The translations under genes were made by a program, and so were the position numbers. A stretch of 64,000 bases of DNA from contig OZ219856.1 of assembly GCA_964291395.2 (NCBI GenBank), positions 608,001 to 672,000 on the forward strand, written 5' to 3'. The DNA is from Alphaproteobacteria bacterium. GTDB lineage: Bacteria; Pseudomonadota; Alphaproteobacteria; UBA2966. Below, piece by piece: positions 10,822 through 21,849 of the stretch (position 1 is the first letter of the stretch; each line of letters begins with the position of its first letter). A model generated the notes under the pieces. It was not told where the DNA came from. It saw only the letters and a program-made list of their open reading frames with translations, and ran no database searches.

Positions 10822-11000
10822 GCCGGCCCGTCGTCCGTATCCCCGTCACCGAATCGAAGAAGTGCCCATCGATTCGAGAATTCTTCCGCAGGACAACTAT
10901 AGTTACATCGGTGAACAGTAGCCTGAAGTTGTGCAAGGAATACCGCGCCATGACGGAGCCCGGCGTACAGGGAAACGAACGCGAGAGTTGGCTTGCGGAA

Positions 11001-11957
11001 TCATCTCCGGCCGCATCGAGACCACAAGGATACGGCGGCGTCGCATACCGCGGCGACCGTGAGACTCCCCATCAGGCTGCCGGTGGTCCGACGATCGTAG
11101 CCCGGTCGGTTGATCAACTCGTCGCAGCTTTCCGGGGTGCGCACCACGCCGGCATGCGGCCCCCACGGCGCGTAATGCTCTTCCCGGCTTGGACCGAACA
11201 GGCCCAAGGTCGGGATTCCCGCCGCGGCGGCCATGTGCATCAAGCCGGAGTCGTTGCCGACAAACAGACTGCAATGGCGAAGAATCGCGAACGCGGTCAG
11301 CAGATCGGTTTTTCCGACCAGATCGATGCGTTGTCGGGCCGGAATTCGCCGGAGCGTGATGTCGGCGTGCTCACGCTCGCCCGCCGCGCCGAACACCGCG
11401 ACTTTGGCGTCGGGCAGAATCCCCTCGGGGTCTGTGAGAGCCTTCGCGACCTCCGCGAATCTTGCGGGATCCCACTGTTTACCGCGCCAGGTGGCGGTCG
11501 GCGCCAAGGCGAGGACGTGTCCGTCCGGCGGCAAGTGGCGCCGCGCCCGCGCGTCATGGTCTTCGGTGATCCACAGCCGCGGCGCCGGCGGCGGCGTCAG
11601 GTTCAAGAACGTTGCCAAGCGCTCGACACGATGCATGTCGTTGCCGCCCCGACCCAGCACGCGGCGTTCGCGGGCCCACACCAGGCGTGACACCAGTGAA
11701 TTGCGCAGGTCGACGACCAGGTCCCAACGGGTCCGAAGGCACTTGCGCCACAACGACCACCAGTGCATCGCCGCGGGACGCTTCTTCAGGACGATCACAT
11801 GATGGATCCGTGACACCGTTTCGAACAGCGGCGCCGCGGCAGGTCCGCAAGCTATGGAAATCTCGGCTTGCGGGTGATCGTCCAGCAAAGCGCCCAGAAT
11901 TCCCGTCGAAAGGACCGCATCGCCGATCCGCGTGTTGGTGATGAACAGAATCTTCAT
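11001..11957 (-). CDS. Glycosyltransferase family 9 (heptosyltransferase-like)
   Basis: RIGDAVLST, KQW, DLVGKTDL, FVGNDSGLMHMAAA, GLFGP motifs. Confidence 0.9.
   Translation of the reverse strand: MKILFITNTRIGDAVLSTGILGALLDDHPQAEISIACGPAAAPLFETVSRIHHVIVLKKRPAAMHWWSLWRKCLRTRWDLVVDLRNSLVSRLVWARERRVLGRGGNDMHRVERLATFLNLTPPPAPRLWITEDHDARARRHLPPDGHVLALAPTATWRGKQWDPARFAEVAKALTDPEGILPDAKVAVFGAAGEREHADITLRRIPARQRIDLVGKTDLLTAFAILRHCSLFVGNDSGLMHMAAAAGIPTLGLFGPSREEHYAPWGPHAGVVRTPESCDELINRPGYDRRTTGSLMGSLTVAAVCDAAVSLWSRCGRR
11006..11041. repeat. 36-bp direct repeat, copy 2 (GT9 3' end)
   Basis: tccggccgcatcgagaccacaaggatacggcggcgt; see copy at 7638-7673. Confidence 0.85.
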
Positions 11958-12003
11958 TCAAGGACGACTTCGCGGTCGCAGGCGTGCATGCTGGCCAAGG
12001 GCG

Positions 12004-12234
12004 TCAGGCGTCCGGTACGCCGTAGTCGGGAATGGTGGCTATGCCGAGAGCGCTCGCTGCTTCGTGGACGCGTCGATCCAGCGTTGCGAGGGACGCTCCG
12101 ACGGCGTTGAGCAGGCCTGTGAGCGGCCCGTGGCTCGCCCGCTTTCCGGTCTCGCCGCCGGATGCGCCTACCCGCCCGGGGTCGGCGTAGTACGCTTCTA
12201 CTGCCGCCGCCGGTTTCGTGTCCGTGCCCGTCAT
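12004..12234 (-). pseudogene. Chimeric remnant: possible restriction-modification enzyme N-terminus fused to a PIN-toxin C-terminus
   Basis: MTGTDTKPAAAVEAYYAD..RV.ASGG.TG.R.S.GPL..LLNAVGA recalls type ISP/IIG RM N-termini (from memory). LATLDRRVHEAASALGI matches VapC C-termini, as in LATLDRTLAAAAQAVGL of the 58586-59002 VapC. Confidence 0.45.
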
Positions 12235-12343
12235 CGCCTTTGTTGTGCCCCGGCATGGCGCGGTGCGCAAGCACCCGAGCGGATCGACAGCCTCCGGCGC
12301 TTCATACGGTTTCGGACCGGACCGAACCGGTGCGTCCGGGCGC

Positions 12344-13399
12344 CTAGCGGGCCGCACTCTTCGCGTTCCGAAGACGCCGCAACAGCTCACCGTGATCGGG
12401 GGGGATCCGGTAAGGCACACAGCGCGCGATATCTTCGTCCAGGCTCTCCCATTGGAGGATGTCGAGCTGGTCCGGCGTGAACCGGTCGAAGACGCGGGAA
12501 TCGCCCATCTGCGTGATCGGGTTGCAGGATCCGCGCGTGAAGGCCACCGCCGGCGCGATCTCGGGCGTGAGGATGTGCTCCAGAAACGCCAGTGCGGGAG
12601 CCGTATCGCCCCCGTGGTCGACGACCGACGTCACCTCCAGGAACACGATGGCGCCCCTGCCGCCGACCGGCCCCGAACGCGGGGTGACGGCGCGAACGTT
12701 GCGCTGGCCGTCGCGGCGGGCGGGAGAGGCGGTGTACATGCCGCCGGACAGATAGAAACCGATGGTCCCGTCGACGAGCGCTCGGTTCATCTCGATGTGA
12801 TCGGCGGTGATCAGCGCCGCTCCCGAGAACCATTGCCGGGCCTTGGCTTCGAAGGTGTCCAGCTGCTCCGCCGGGAGAGTGCCGAAGGGGTCGAGGCCGG
12901 CGGCGAAACAGACGTGGAAGATGTTGAAGTCGTCATACTCGAGGACTCCGTACCGTCCCCTATTGACCGGGTCGTCCGCCAGCAGAAATCCTTCGGACTC
13001 CGCCGTATCCCGCGCGATGCTGTCCTCGTTGATCACCATGTTGAACGGGCCGAAGCGCTGGCAGACGCCGATGACGTCGCTTCCATCCCGGCTGCGGGTC
13101 CACCGGTAGAGGTGATCGAACTGCGGCAGCAGGCGCCCGTATTCGGCCGCGAACCGGTCTTGGGGGAGCGCCCGGATCGCACCCGCCGGGTAAAGCACTT
13201 CGCGCGCGAACGGGTTGTTCAGATTGACGACGTCCCAGGATGATCGCTCCGGCCCGACGACGCGGTCGGCCGTATCCGCGTCGGAAACGATGGTCTCGGC
13301 GTGCACGGAATACCCGTGCCGTCCGGTGAACGGTTCGACGACGTTCGGGTCCTCGTATCCTTCCCAGCAGAGGATGTTGAGATCGGCGCGTTCCGGCAT
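12344..13399 (-). CDS. PotD/PotF-like solute-binding protein (no signal peptide seen)
   Basis: LNILCWEGYEDP...WDVVNLNNP...AFLEHILTPE pattern of polyamine-type SBPs. Confidence 0.7.
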   Translation of the reverse strand: MPERADLNILCWEGYEDPNVVEPFTGRHGYSVHAETIVSDADTADRVVGPERSSWDVVNLNNPFAREVLYPAGAIRALPQDRFAAEYGRLLPQFDHLYRWTRSRDGSDVIGVCQRFGPFNMVINEDSIARDTAESEGFLLADDPVNRGRYGVLEYDDFNIFHVCFAAGLDPFGTLPAEQLDTFEAKARQWFSGAALITADHIEMNRALVDGTIGFYLSGGMYTASPARRDGQRNVRAVTPRSGPVGGRGAIVFLEVTSVVDHGGDTAPALAFLEHILTPEIAPAVAFTRGSCNPITQMGDSRVFDRFTPDQLDILQWESLDEDIARCVPYRIPPDHGELLRRLRNAKSAAR

Positions 13400-13431
13400 C
13401 GGCGGGTCAGGCGTTCGTGGCGTCGGTATGT

Positions 13432-13638
13432 CTAGCGGGAACGGATGATGTCGAACCGCGCGCCGTGCCTTGGAACCAGGTCGCGAATGCGCAATTCGAG
13501 ATGGCTCAGCGGCCGGCAACTCGAAAAGAAAATGTGCCTTCGGCCGAAACTGCTCTGCTCGCGCACGTCCAGGAGCGCGAGTTCCCCGCCGTCGTTGATC
13601 TGCGCCTTGAGGTCGGGCGCGCTTGTGCTCTTGGGCAT
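13432..13638 (-). pseudogene. Truncated rhodanese-related sulfurtransferase (N-terminus only)
   Basis: DLKAQINDGGELALLDVREQSSFGRRHIFFSSCRPLSHLELRIRDLVPR, then premature end; downstream of the CDO-like gene. Confidence 0.7.
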
Positions 13639-13676
13639 GGGTTCGGGGATTGAAGGAAGGGCGTGCGGTCGGGTCG

Positions 13677-14285
13677 CTATGCCGCGGCGCCGGACTTGTC
13701 GTCGTAGCGATCGACCGTGCCCGCTTCCAGATCGAAGCCGAGCCGATCGGTGACCGCGTCGAGGGACTTTCCGTACATGTGAAGGTGGAGTGTCGGCGTG
13801 TCGCCCACGACCGCGATGCTGTGGATGTCGTCCGGCATCATCGCCACGCCCACGCCCGGTCTGACCACGACTTCGTCGGTTTGCCGCAGGGCCGCCTTTC
13901 CGGGGTCGGAGCCGTCGTCCGTGCGCTCGTAGAACCGGTTGATCTCCTCGCCTTCGACCGCCGCAACGATCGCCCACGTCGTGTGGTTGTGCGGATCGGT
14001 GAGCTTTCCGGGCTTGATGGAGTTCATGTAAAGCGCGAAGCGCCTGTCCGAATCCTCCGACAGGAGGTAGCGGATGTTGGGGGTATCGCCTCCCGGCGGC
14101 GGAAAATCACTCTTCGGAAAGAGCTCCTTCCTCGCGGCGAGCTTGTAGAGTTCCTCGCGCATGTCGTTCAACGCCTCGCGTGTGACGCCCTGGGCTCTCT
14201 CGATTTCGCGAACGCGCGCCAGCATGTCCGCAACCGCGGCAGCCCGTTGGTCCGCGATCGAATTGCTCGCCTCGGCGACGGTCAT
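13677..14285 (-). CDS. Cysteine/thiol dioxygenase-like cupin
   Basis: PHNHTTWA...DIHSI...LHLHMYG (3-His facial triad); GGAG RBS before ATG 14285. Confidence 0.8.
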   Translation of the reverse strand: MTVAEASNSIADQRAAAVADMLARVREIERAQGVTREALNDMREELYKLAARKELFPKSDFPPPGGDTPNIRYLLSEDSDRRFALYMNSIKPGKLTDPHNHTTWAIVAAVEGEEINRFYERTDDGSDPGKAALRQTDEVVVRPGVGVAMMPDDIHSIAVVGDTPTLHLHMYGKSLDAVTDRLGFDLEAGTVDRYDDKSGAAA

Positions 14286-14481
14286 GGTCCACTCCCTGCA
14301 AAGGATCGTCGTTCGGGTCATTATACCGCAACGGAGCGGCTCGGGACCTTGCGGAAACTCGTTGATAGAGGTTGAAGAATCGGCATGAATTGGGTGTAAG
14401 AAGGGGCCGGTGGATGCGCAGGGCGCGGCGCGGCATCCGGTGACGACCGACACGTGAGGCGCGGCCGCGGAGGGACTCGGG

Positions 14482-14850
14482 ATGCCGATCGTACGCGTGG
14501 ATATTCCCCGGGGGTACACGGATGCCCACAAGGAACGGCTTCGTCGGGGCATCAGGCAGGCGGTCGACGAAGCGCTGGATCCCGCTCAAGAGGAGAGGTT
14601 CCCGGAAACGAGGAAATGGATCTACGTCTCCGTTCACGAAGCCTTCGGCGAAATCGGGGACGGACTGCCCACGGTGACCATCGACACCGGACCGGGCCGG
14701 TCCCGGGAACGGAAAGACCTGTGCGCCAAGCTGATCTGCGACGTATTCGAAACCTACATGAATACCCGGGACGTCTACGTCCTGCTGAGGACGACGGAAG
14801 CCGCGGATCATCTGACCGGAGCCGGCGCCCTTCCCGAATGGAATCCGTAG
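14482..14850 (+). CDS. Tautomerase superfamily protein (4-OT-like, two beta-alpha-beta units)
   Basis: N-terminal catalytic Pro (MPIVRVDI) and a second GRSRERK unit. Confidence 0.75.
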   Translation: MPIVRVDIPRGYTDAHKERLRRGIRQAVDEALDPAQEERFPETRKWIYVSVHEAFGEIGDGLPTVTIDTGPGRSRERKDLCAKLICDVFETYMNTRDVYVLLRTTEAADHLTGAGALPEWNP

Positions 14851-14906
14851 TCGCCTGAACCCGAAGATCCCGGCGCCCCTGCACCAATCCGACCGGAGAC
14901 GCAATC

Positions 14907-15812
14907 ATGTCCGACCTCGAGATCGTCGATCCGCACCATCACTTCTGGGATCTCGATGCTCTCCACTATCCGTGGCTGACGGATCAACCGCTGCCGAGCT
15001 TTCCGTTCGGCGATTACGACGTCCTGCGGCGCAACTATCTGCCCGAGGACTACCGGCGGGACGCGGAAGGGCACAACGTCGTCAAGACGGTCCATGTCGA
15101 AGCGGAACGGCACGTCGGCGACCCGCTGGATGAAACGAATTGGCTGACGCACCTCCATGAGAGAACCGGCGTGCCGAATGCGATCGTGGCGTGGGCGCCC
15201 CTGGTACGCCCCGACACGGAGGAGATCCTCGCCCGGCAGGCCGATAATCCGCTGGTCAGAGGCATTCGGACCAAACCCAAGGTCTCCGAATCGCCGGACG
15301 AGTCGGTCGCGGGAGACCCGGGCACCATGCAGGACGACCTCTGGCTCGGCGATCTGGCCCTCTTCGAGAAATACGGACTGTCCTGGGACATGCGGGTGCC
15401 GTATTGGCATCTCGGGGAAGCCGCCGAAGTCGCCCGCTCGCTGCCCGGCGTCCAGATCATCCTCAATCACGCGGGTCTTCCGTGGGACCGCAGCGACGAG
15501 GGCCTGGAGAGCTGGCGGCAAGGGATGGAAGCCGTCGCCGCGTGCCCGAACGTCACGACCAAGATTTCCTTCCTGTTGGTGCCGGACAGCGCCTGGAACG
15601 ATGATCAGAACGCGCGTGTTATCCGCGACGCCATCGAAGCCTTCGGCGTCGACCGCAGCATGTTCGCCAGCAACTACCCCGTCGACCGGATGCGGGCGTC
15701 GTTCGACACCATCTACTCGCTGTTCAAGCGGACGGCGGCCGACTTCGCCATCGAGGACCAGCGCAAGCTGTTCTCCGAGAACGCGATGCGGATATACAGG
15801 ATCGACGCCTGA
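14907..15812 (+). CDS. Amidohydrolase_2 family protein (lactonase-like)
   Basis: IVDPHHHFWD, IILNHAG, KIS, RSMFASNYPVD motifs. Confidence 0.85.
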   Translation: MSDLEIVDPHHHFWDLDALHYPWLTDQPLPSFPFGDYDVLRRNYLPEDYRRDAEGHNVVKTVHVEAERHVGDPLDETNWLTHLHERTGVPNAIVAWAPLVRPDTEEILARQADNPLVRGIRTKPKVSESPDESVAGDPGTMQDDLWLGDLALFEKYGLSWDMRVPYWHLGEAAEVARSLPGVQIILNHAGLPWDRSDEGLESWRQGMEAVAACPNVTTKISFLLVPDSAWNDDQNARVIRDAIEAFGVDRSMFASNYPVDRMRASFDTIYSLFKRTAADFAIEDQRKLFSENAMRIYRIDA

Positions 15813-15990
15813 GGAGGCCCGGACGCCGCGAAAACCGGGTCCGATCTGGTTTTCCGAACGGTTTCAATTGGTTAAGAGATATCCGCGGCAAGCCAAGCGT
15901 GGCGGTCCTTGATACTGGACAAATCTACTCTACTTTAATATATACCTGACGAAATCCCTCAGGATTAATCATCTGACTCGGGCACCCGCC

Positions 15991-16488
15991 ATGTTGAGAC
16001 TCGGACGAATGACGGATTGAGCACGGGGTAAGCGTCCTTCACGCCGTGATGGTGATGGGCCACATGGCCCATCGCCACGGCGAGCTGCAGACGACGTCGG
16101 ACGTCGTCCTGTCCACGGGTCTTCCCGTGCCGACCGTCGGCAAGCTGCTGCATCGTCTGGCGGAGCTGGAATTGCTCACGGCCATTCGCGGCCGGAACGG
16201 CGGTTACCGGATGGATCGTCTCACGACGGACATCTCCGTCGCCGAAATCATCGCCGGATTCGAAGGTCCCGTCGCCTTGACCGACTGTCTGCCCGCGGGG
16301 GGCGGGCTCTGTGATTTCGAGGACCGCTGCCAGGTCGGCGGCCGATGGACCACCGTGGCCGAGGCCGTCCAGCGGGTTCTCGACGACTTGACCCTGGCGG
16401 ACATGCTTGGCCGCGCGCCGCGTGGCGTCGGCGGACCGGTCGCGACGGGCGGCCGGGTCCCGATGCCCGGGCCTATCGGGTTCGGGCC

Positions 16489-16492
<4 letters not shown>
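15991..16492 (+). pseudogene. SUF-system Rrf2/IscR-like regulator interrupted by a 22-nt insertion
   Basis: MLRLGRMTD-[16019-16040 insert]-YAVMVMGHMA...RGRNGGY...C.x5.C.x4.C. Removing the insert restores the frame. Confidence 0.8.
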
Positions 16493-17949
<1,457 letters not shown>

Positions 17950-17983
17950 GCGCCGCGGTCCCTTGTACGGAACGGAAGAAGGA

Positions 17984-18736
17984 ATGCTGGAGATTCGAAA
18001 TCTGCATGCCCGCGTGGACGAACGGGCGGTCCTCAAGGGGATCGATCTGACGATCGCGCGAGGCGAAATCCACGCCGTCATGGGTCCGAACGGTTCCGGG
18101 AAGAGTACGCTCGCGTACGTGCTGGCGGGACGGGACGGATACGAGGTGACCGAAGGGACCGTTCATTACCAGGGCACCGACCTGCTGGACCTCTCGGTTG
18201 AGGAACGCGCGCGCGAGGGAGTCTTTCTCGCCTTCCAGTATCCGGTCGAGATCCCGGGAGTCGCGGGCACGACGTTCCTGCGTACGGCCGTGAACGCGCT
18301 GCGCAAGCATCGAGGCGAGAAAGAGCTCGATGCCATGCAGTTCGTGAAGTTCGTGCGGGAAAAACAGGCTGAGCTGAACATCTCGGACGACATGCTGAAG
18401 CGCCCGGTGAACGTCGGGTTCTCCGGCGGCGAGAAGAAGCGGAACGAGATTCTCCAGATGGCTCTGCTCGAGCCGAAGTTCGCGATGCTCGACGAGACCG
18501 ATTCGGGCCTCGATATCGATGCCCTGAAGACGGTTGCCGACGGTGTCAACGCCTTGCGGGACCCGGCCCGGTCGATGCTGGTGATCACGCACTACCAGCG
18601 CCTTCTCGACTACATCGTGCCCGATCGCGTGCATGTTCTCGCCCATGGCCGGATCGTCAAGTCCGGGGGCAAGGAACTGGCATTGGAACTGGAGAAGGAA
18701 GGATACGGCGCACTGGCGGGCGCCGAGGCCGCTTGA
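17984..18736 (+). CDS. sufC: Fe-S cluster assembly ATPase SufC
   Basis: GPNGSGKST, LAFQYPVEIPG, FSGGEKKRNE, LDETDSGLD, ITHYQRLL motifs. Confidence 0.97.
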   Translation: MLEIRNLHARVDERAVLKGIDLTIARGEIHAVMGPNGSGKSTLAYVLAGRDGYEVTEGTVHYQGTDLLDLSVEERAREGVFLAFQYPVEIPGVAGTTFLRTAVNALRKHRGEKELDAMQFVKFVREKQAELNISDDMLKRPVNVGFSGGEKKRNEILQMALLEPKFAMLDETDSGLDIDALKTVADGVNALRDPARSMLVITHYQRLLDYIVPDRVHVLAHGRIVKSGGKELALELEKEGYGALAGAEAA

Positions 18737-18745
18737 GGCCATGGG

Positions 18746-20104
18746 ATGAGAGTCCAGGATATGTCGCGTCGGATCACGGCCGAGTTCCCGTTCGTCGAGC
18801 GCTTCGACGAGGTGGCTGCGGGGCTGCCCGGCGCGGGGCTCCACTGGCTCGATGCGCTGCGCCGCGACTCCCTGGACGCGTTCAACCGGGTCGCCTTGCC
18901 GTCGACGCGCGTCGAGGCCTGGAAATACACCAACCTCAAGGACTTTGCGAAAACTCCGTTCGACATCGCCGTCTCGGGGGAAGGGGGCCCGTCGATCGAT
19001 CTCGATGCGGCCGGCGTGGGGGGACCGGACGCGGAGCATCGGCTGGTGTTCGTCAACGGCCGGTTCGACGCCGGCCGATCCCGTGCGGGGTCGGCACCCG
19101 GGGGCCTTACGGTGCTGAGCCTGGGTGAGGCGTTGAGATGCCAGGCCCGGGTCGTGCGGCCGCACATTGAACGCCTCTCTCCGTTGGAAGACGAGGCGCT
19201 GCTCGCCCTCAACACGGCGTTCATGATGGATGGTTGCGTGGTTGTCGTCGACGACGGGGCGACGGTCGACCGGCCGATCGAGTTGATTTTCGTGAGCGAT
19301 GCGCGGTCGCCGACCAGCGCCCATCCGCGGAACCTCGTTGTCGCCGGTGCCGGCAGCCGCGTGGCCTTGACCGAGACGCATGTCGGCATCGGGCCGTCGG
19401 AGTACTGGTCCAATCCGGTGACGGAGGTTGTCGTGGCCGCGGGCGCGTCCGTTGTCCACCGCAAGGTCCAACGCGAATCCCCGCGCGCCTATCACTTGGC
19501 GAACACCCGCGTGACGTTGGCGGAGCGGGGAACGTATCGCGCTTTTCTGATGTCGGTGGGAGCCGGCCTTTCCCGGTGCGAGATCGAAGCTAGGCTTGAG
19601 GGTGAAGGCGCCGATTGTCGGCTCGACGGGATCTACCTCGCGAGAGACCGCCAGCACACGGATATCACGACCCGCATCGTCCATGCCGAACCCGGAGGCA
19701 GCAGCCGGCAGCTGTTCAAGGGTGTGCTCGACGGTCGGAGCCACGGAGTCTTCCAGGGGCAGATCTCCGTCAGTCCGGACGCCCAGCGCACCGACGGTCA
19801 CCAGCTCAACAAGACCCTCCTGCTCTCGAACGAAGCGGAGATCGACACGAAGCCGGAACTGGAGATTTACGCCGACGACGTGAAATGCAGCCACGGCGCC
19901 GCGGCCGGTCAATTGGACGGGCTCGAGTTGTTCTACCTCCGCTCGCGCGGCCTCGACGCCGAAGAGGCGCGTCAGGTGCTGATCAGGGCCTTCATCGCCG
20001 AAGTCGTGGAGGCGGTGGAGGACGAACCGTTCCGGAACCATCTCAACGCATCGATCGACGGCTGGCTGTCGCACGAGGCCGCCGCCCGGGAGACGGGCAC
20101 ATGA
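18746..20104 (+). CDS. sufD: Fe-S cluster assembly protein SufD
   Basis: EAWKYT, FQGQI, KPELEIYADDVKCSHGA, FYLRSRG motifs. Confidence 0.95.
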   Translation: MRVQDMSRRITAEFPFVERFDEVAAGLPGAGLHWLDALRRDSLDAFNRVALPSTRVEAWKYTNLKDFAKTPFDIAVSGEGGPSIDLDAAGVGGPDAEHRLVFVNGRFDAGRSRAGSAPGGLTVLSLGEALRCQARVVRPHIERLSPLEDEALLALNTAFMMDGCVVVVDDGATVDRPIELIFVSDARSPTSAHPRNLVVAGAGSRVALTETHVGIGPSEYWSNPVTEVVVAAGASVVHRKVQRESPRAYHLANTRVTLAERGTYRAFLMSVGAGLSRCEIEARLEGEGADCRLDGIYLARDRQHTDITTRIVHAEPGGSSRQLFKGVLDGRSHGVFQGQISVSPDAQRTDGHQLNKTLLLSNEAEIDTKPELEIYADDVKCSHGAAAGQLDGLELFYLRSRGLDAEEARQVLIRAFIAEVVEAVEDEPFRNHLNASIDGWLSHEAAARETGT

Positions 20105-21376
20105 GTCAGGCGGTTGCGGAAACGACACTGGACGGCGCAAACCGCGCGAACCTGCCGGCATACGATGTCGACGAGGTGCGGGCCGATTTCCCGATCCTGT
20201 CGCGGGAAGTGCACGGCAAGCCGCTGGTTTTTCTCGACAGCGGCGCCAGCGCTCAAAAGCCGCGCGCCGTGATCGACGCCGTCTCCGCCGTCTACGAGGG
20301 GGAATACGCCAATATCCACCGGGGCGTGCACTATCTCAGCGTGCGGGCGACGCAGCTCTATGACGAGTCCCGCGAGAAAGTTCGGGCGTACCTCAATGCG
20401 GCGAAGACCGGCGAGATCGTGTTCACCAGGAATACGACCGAGGCGATCAATCTCGTGGCCAGCAGCTTTACGGGCCGAGCGCCTTCGGGAGGGGGACGAG
20501 ATTCTGCTGACCGAGCTCGAGCACCACGCCAATATCGTGCCCTGGCAACTCGCGGCCGGACGTGCCGGCGCCGTGGTCCGGGCCGCGCCGGTGGATGACG
20601 ACGGCCTCGTCGATCTCGAGAAGTTCGAGGCGATGCTCACCCCGCGCACGAAGATGGTGGCGTTCACGCATACCTCCAACGTGCTGGGAGTCGTCACGCC
20701 GGCCAAGGAGATGACCCGTCTCGCGCACGAAAAGGGCATCCCCGTTCTCATCGACGGGGCGCAGAGCGCGGTACACCTCAGCGTCGACGTTCAGGATCTG
20801 GACTGCGATTTCTTCACCTTCACCGGCCACAAGCTCTATGGCCCGTCGGGCATCGGCGTGCTGTACGGCAAGTCGAACCACCTCGAGGCCATGCCGCCCT
20901 ACCAGGGCGGCGGCGACATGATCGAATACGTCACGTTCGAGAAAACGACGTTCGCCAGGCCGCCCGAACGGTTCGAGGCGGGGACGCCGCATATCTCGGG
21001 CGCGATCGGGCTCGGGGCGGCCATCGATTACGTCAATGCATTGGGGCGTGACGCCGTGGCGGCGCACGAGCACGGCCTGCTCCAGTACGCGACCGCGCGG
21101 CTTTCGGATATACCCGGTGTCAGGCTCTTCGGCGCCAAGGGCGAGAAGGCCAGCATCGTCTCCTTCCTGCAAGACGACGTGCATCCGCACGACGTGGGCA
21201 CGATTCTGGACCAGGCCGGTGTTGCGGTCCGCGTTGGCCACCACTGCGCGCAGCCGCTGATGGACAGGTTCGGCATTTCCGGCACCGTGCGTGCCTCGAT
21301 CGGTCTCTACAACACGCGCGAGGAAATCGACAAGCTCGCGGATTCGCTCCACCACGTGAAGGAGATTTTCGGCTGA
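20101..21376 (+). CDS. sufS: Cysteine desulfurase SufS (apparent frameshift near 20470)
   Basis: FLDSGASAQKP...NIHRG...FTRNTTEAINL in one frame; EHHANIVPW, TGHKLYGP, RFEAGTP, RVGHHCA in the next. Confidence 0.92.
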
Positions 21377-21842
21377 TGCTGGACGACCTTCGGGAGCTCT
21401 ATCAGGAGGTCATCCTCGATCACGGCAAGAACCCGCGGAACTATGGGAAGCCGGACGAGGTGAGCCACCGTGCGGACGGACACAATCCGCTGTGCGGCGA
21501 TCGCATCTCCGTCTACCTCGATGTCGACGCGGAGGGCGTGGTGCGTAACGCCGCGTTCGACGGGCGCGGCTGTGCGATCTCGCAGGCCTCCGCGTCGCTG
21601 ATGACGGAAATCGTCTCCGGCAAGACGCTGGGGCAGGTCGATGCACGTTGTTCCGGAATTTCCACGAGATGTGTACGTCCGATGGCGACGTGGAGACGGA
21701 CGGGAGCCTCGCCGACGAGATGGATCGCCTTCAGGTGCTGTCCGGAGTGCGCCAGTACCCGATCCGGGTGAAGTGCGCGACCCTCGCCTGGCATACGATG
21801 AACGCCGCGCTCCAAGGCGAAGCCGAAGCGACGACCGAATAG
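21376..21842 (+). CDS. sufU: SUF NifU-family protein SufU (apparent frameshift near 21645)
   Basis: [25 protein letters not shown], then [17 protein letters not shown] in a shifted frame. Confidence 0.9.
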
Positions 21843-21849
21843 GCCCGTG

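Noticed and set aside
15909-15945. AT-rich suf promoter or IscR-type box
   Set aside because: Plausible by position, but the -35/-10 spacing and palindrome are too weak to call.
16018-16020. In-frame TGA in the Rrf2 gene as selenocysteine or readthrough
   Set aside because: Readthrough does not restore the frame because the insert is 22 nt, and the position corresponds to Tyr, not Cys.
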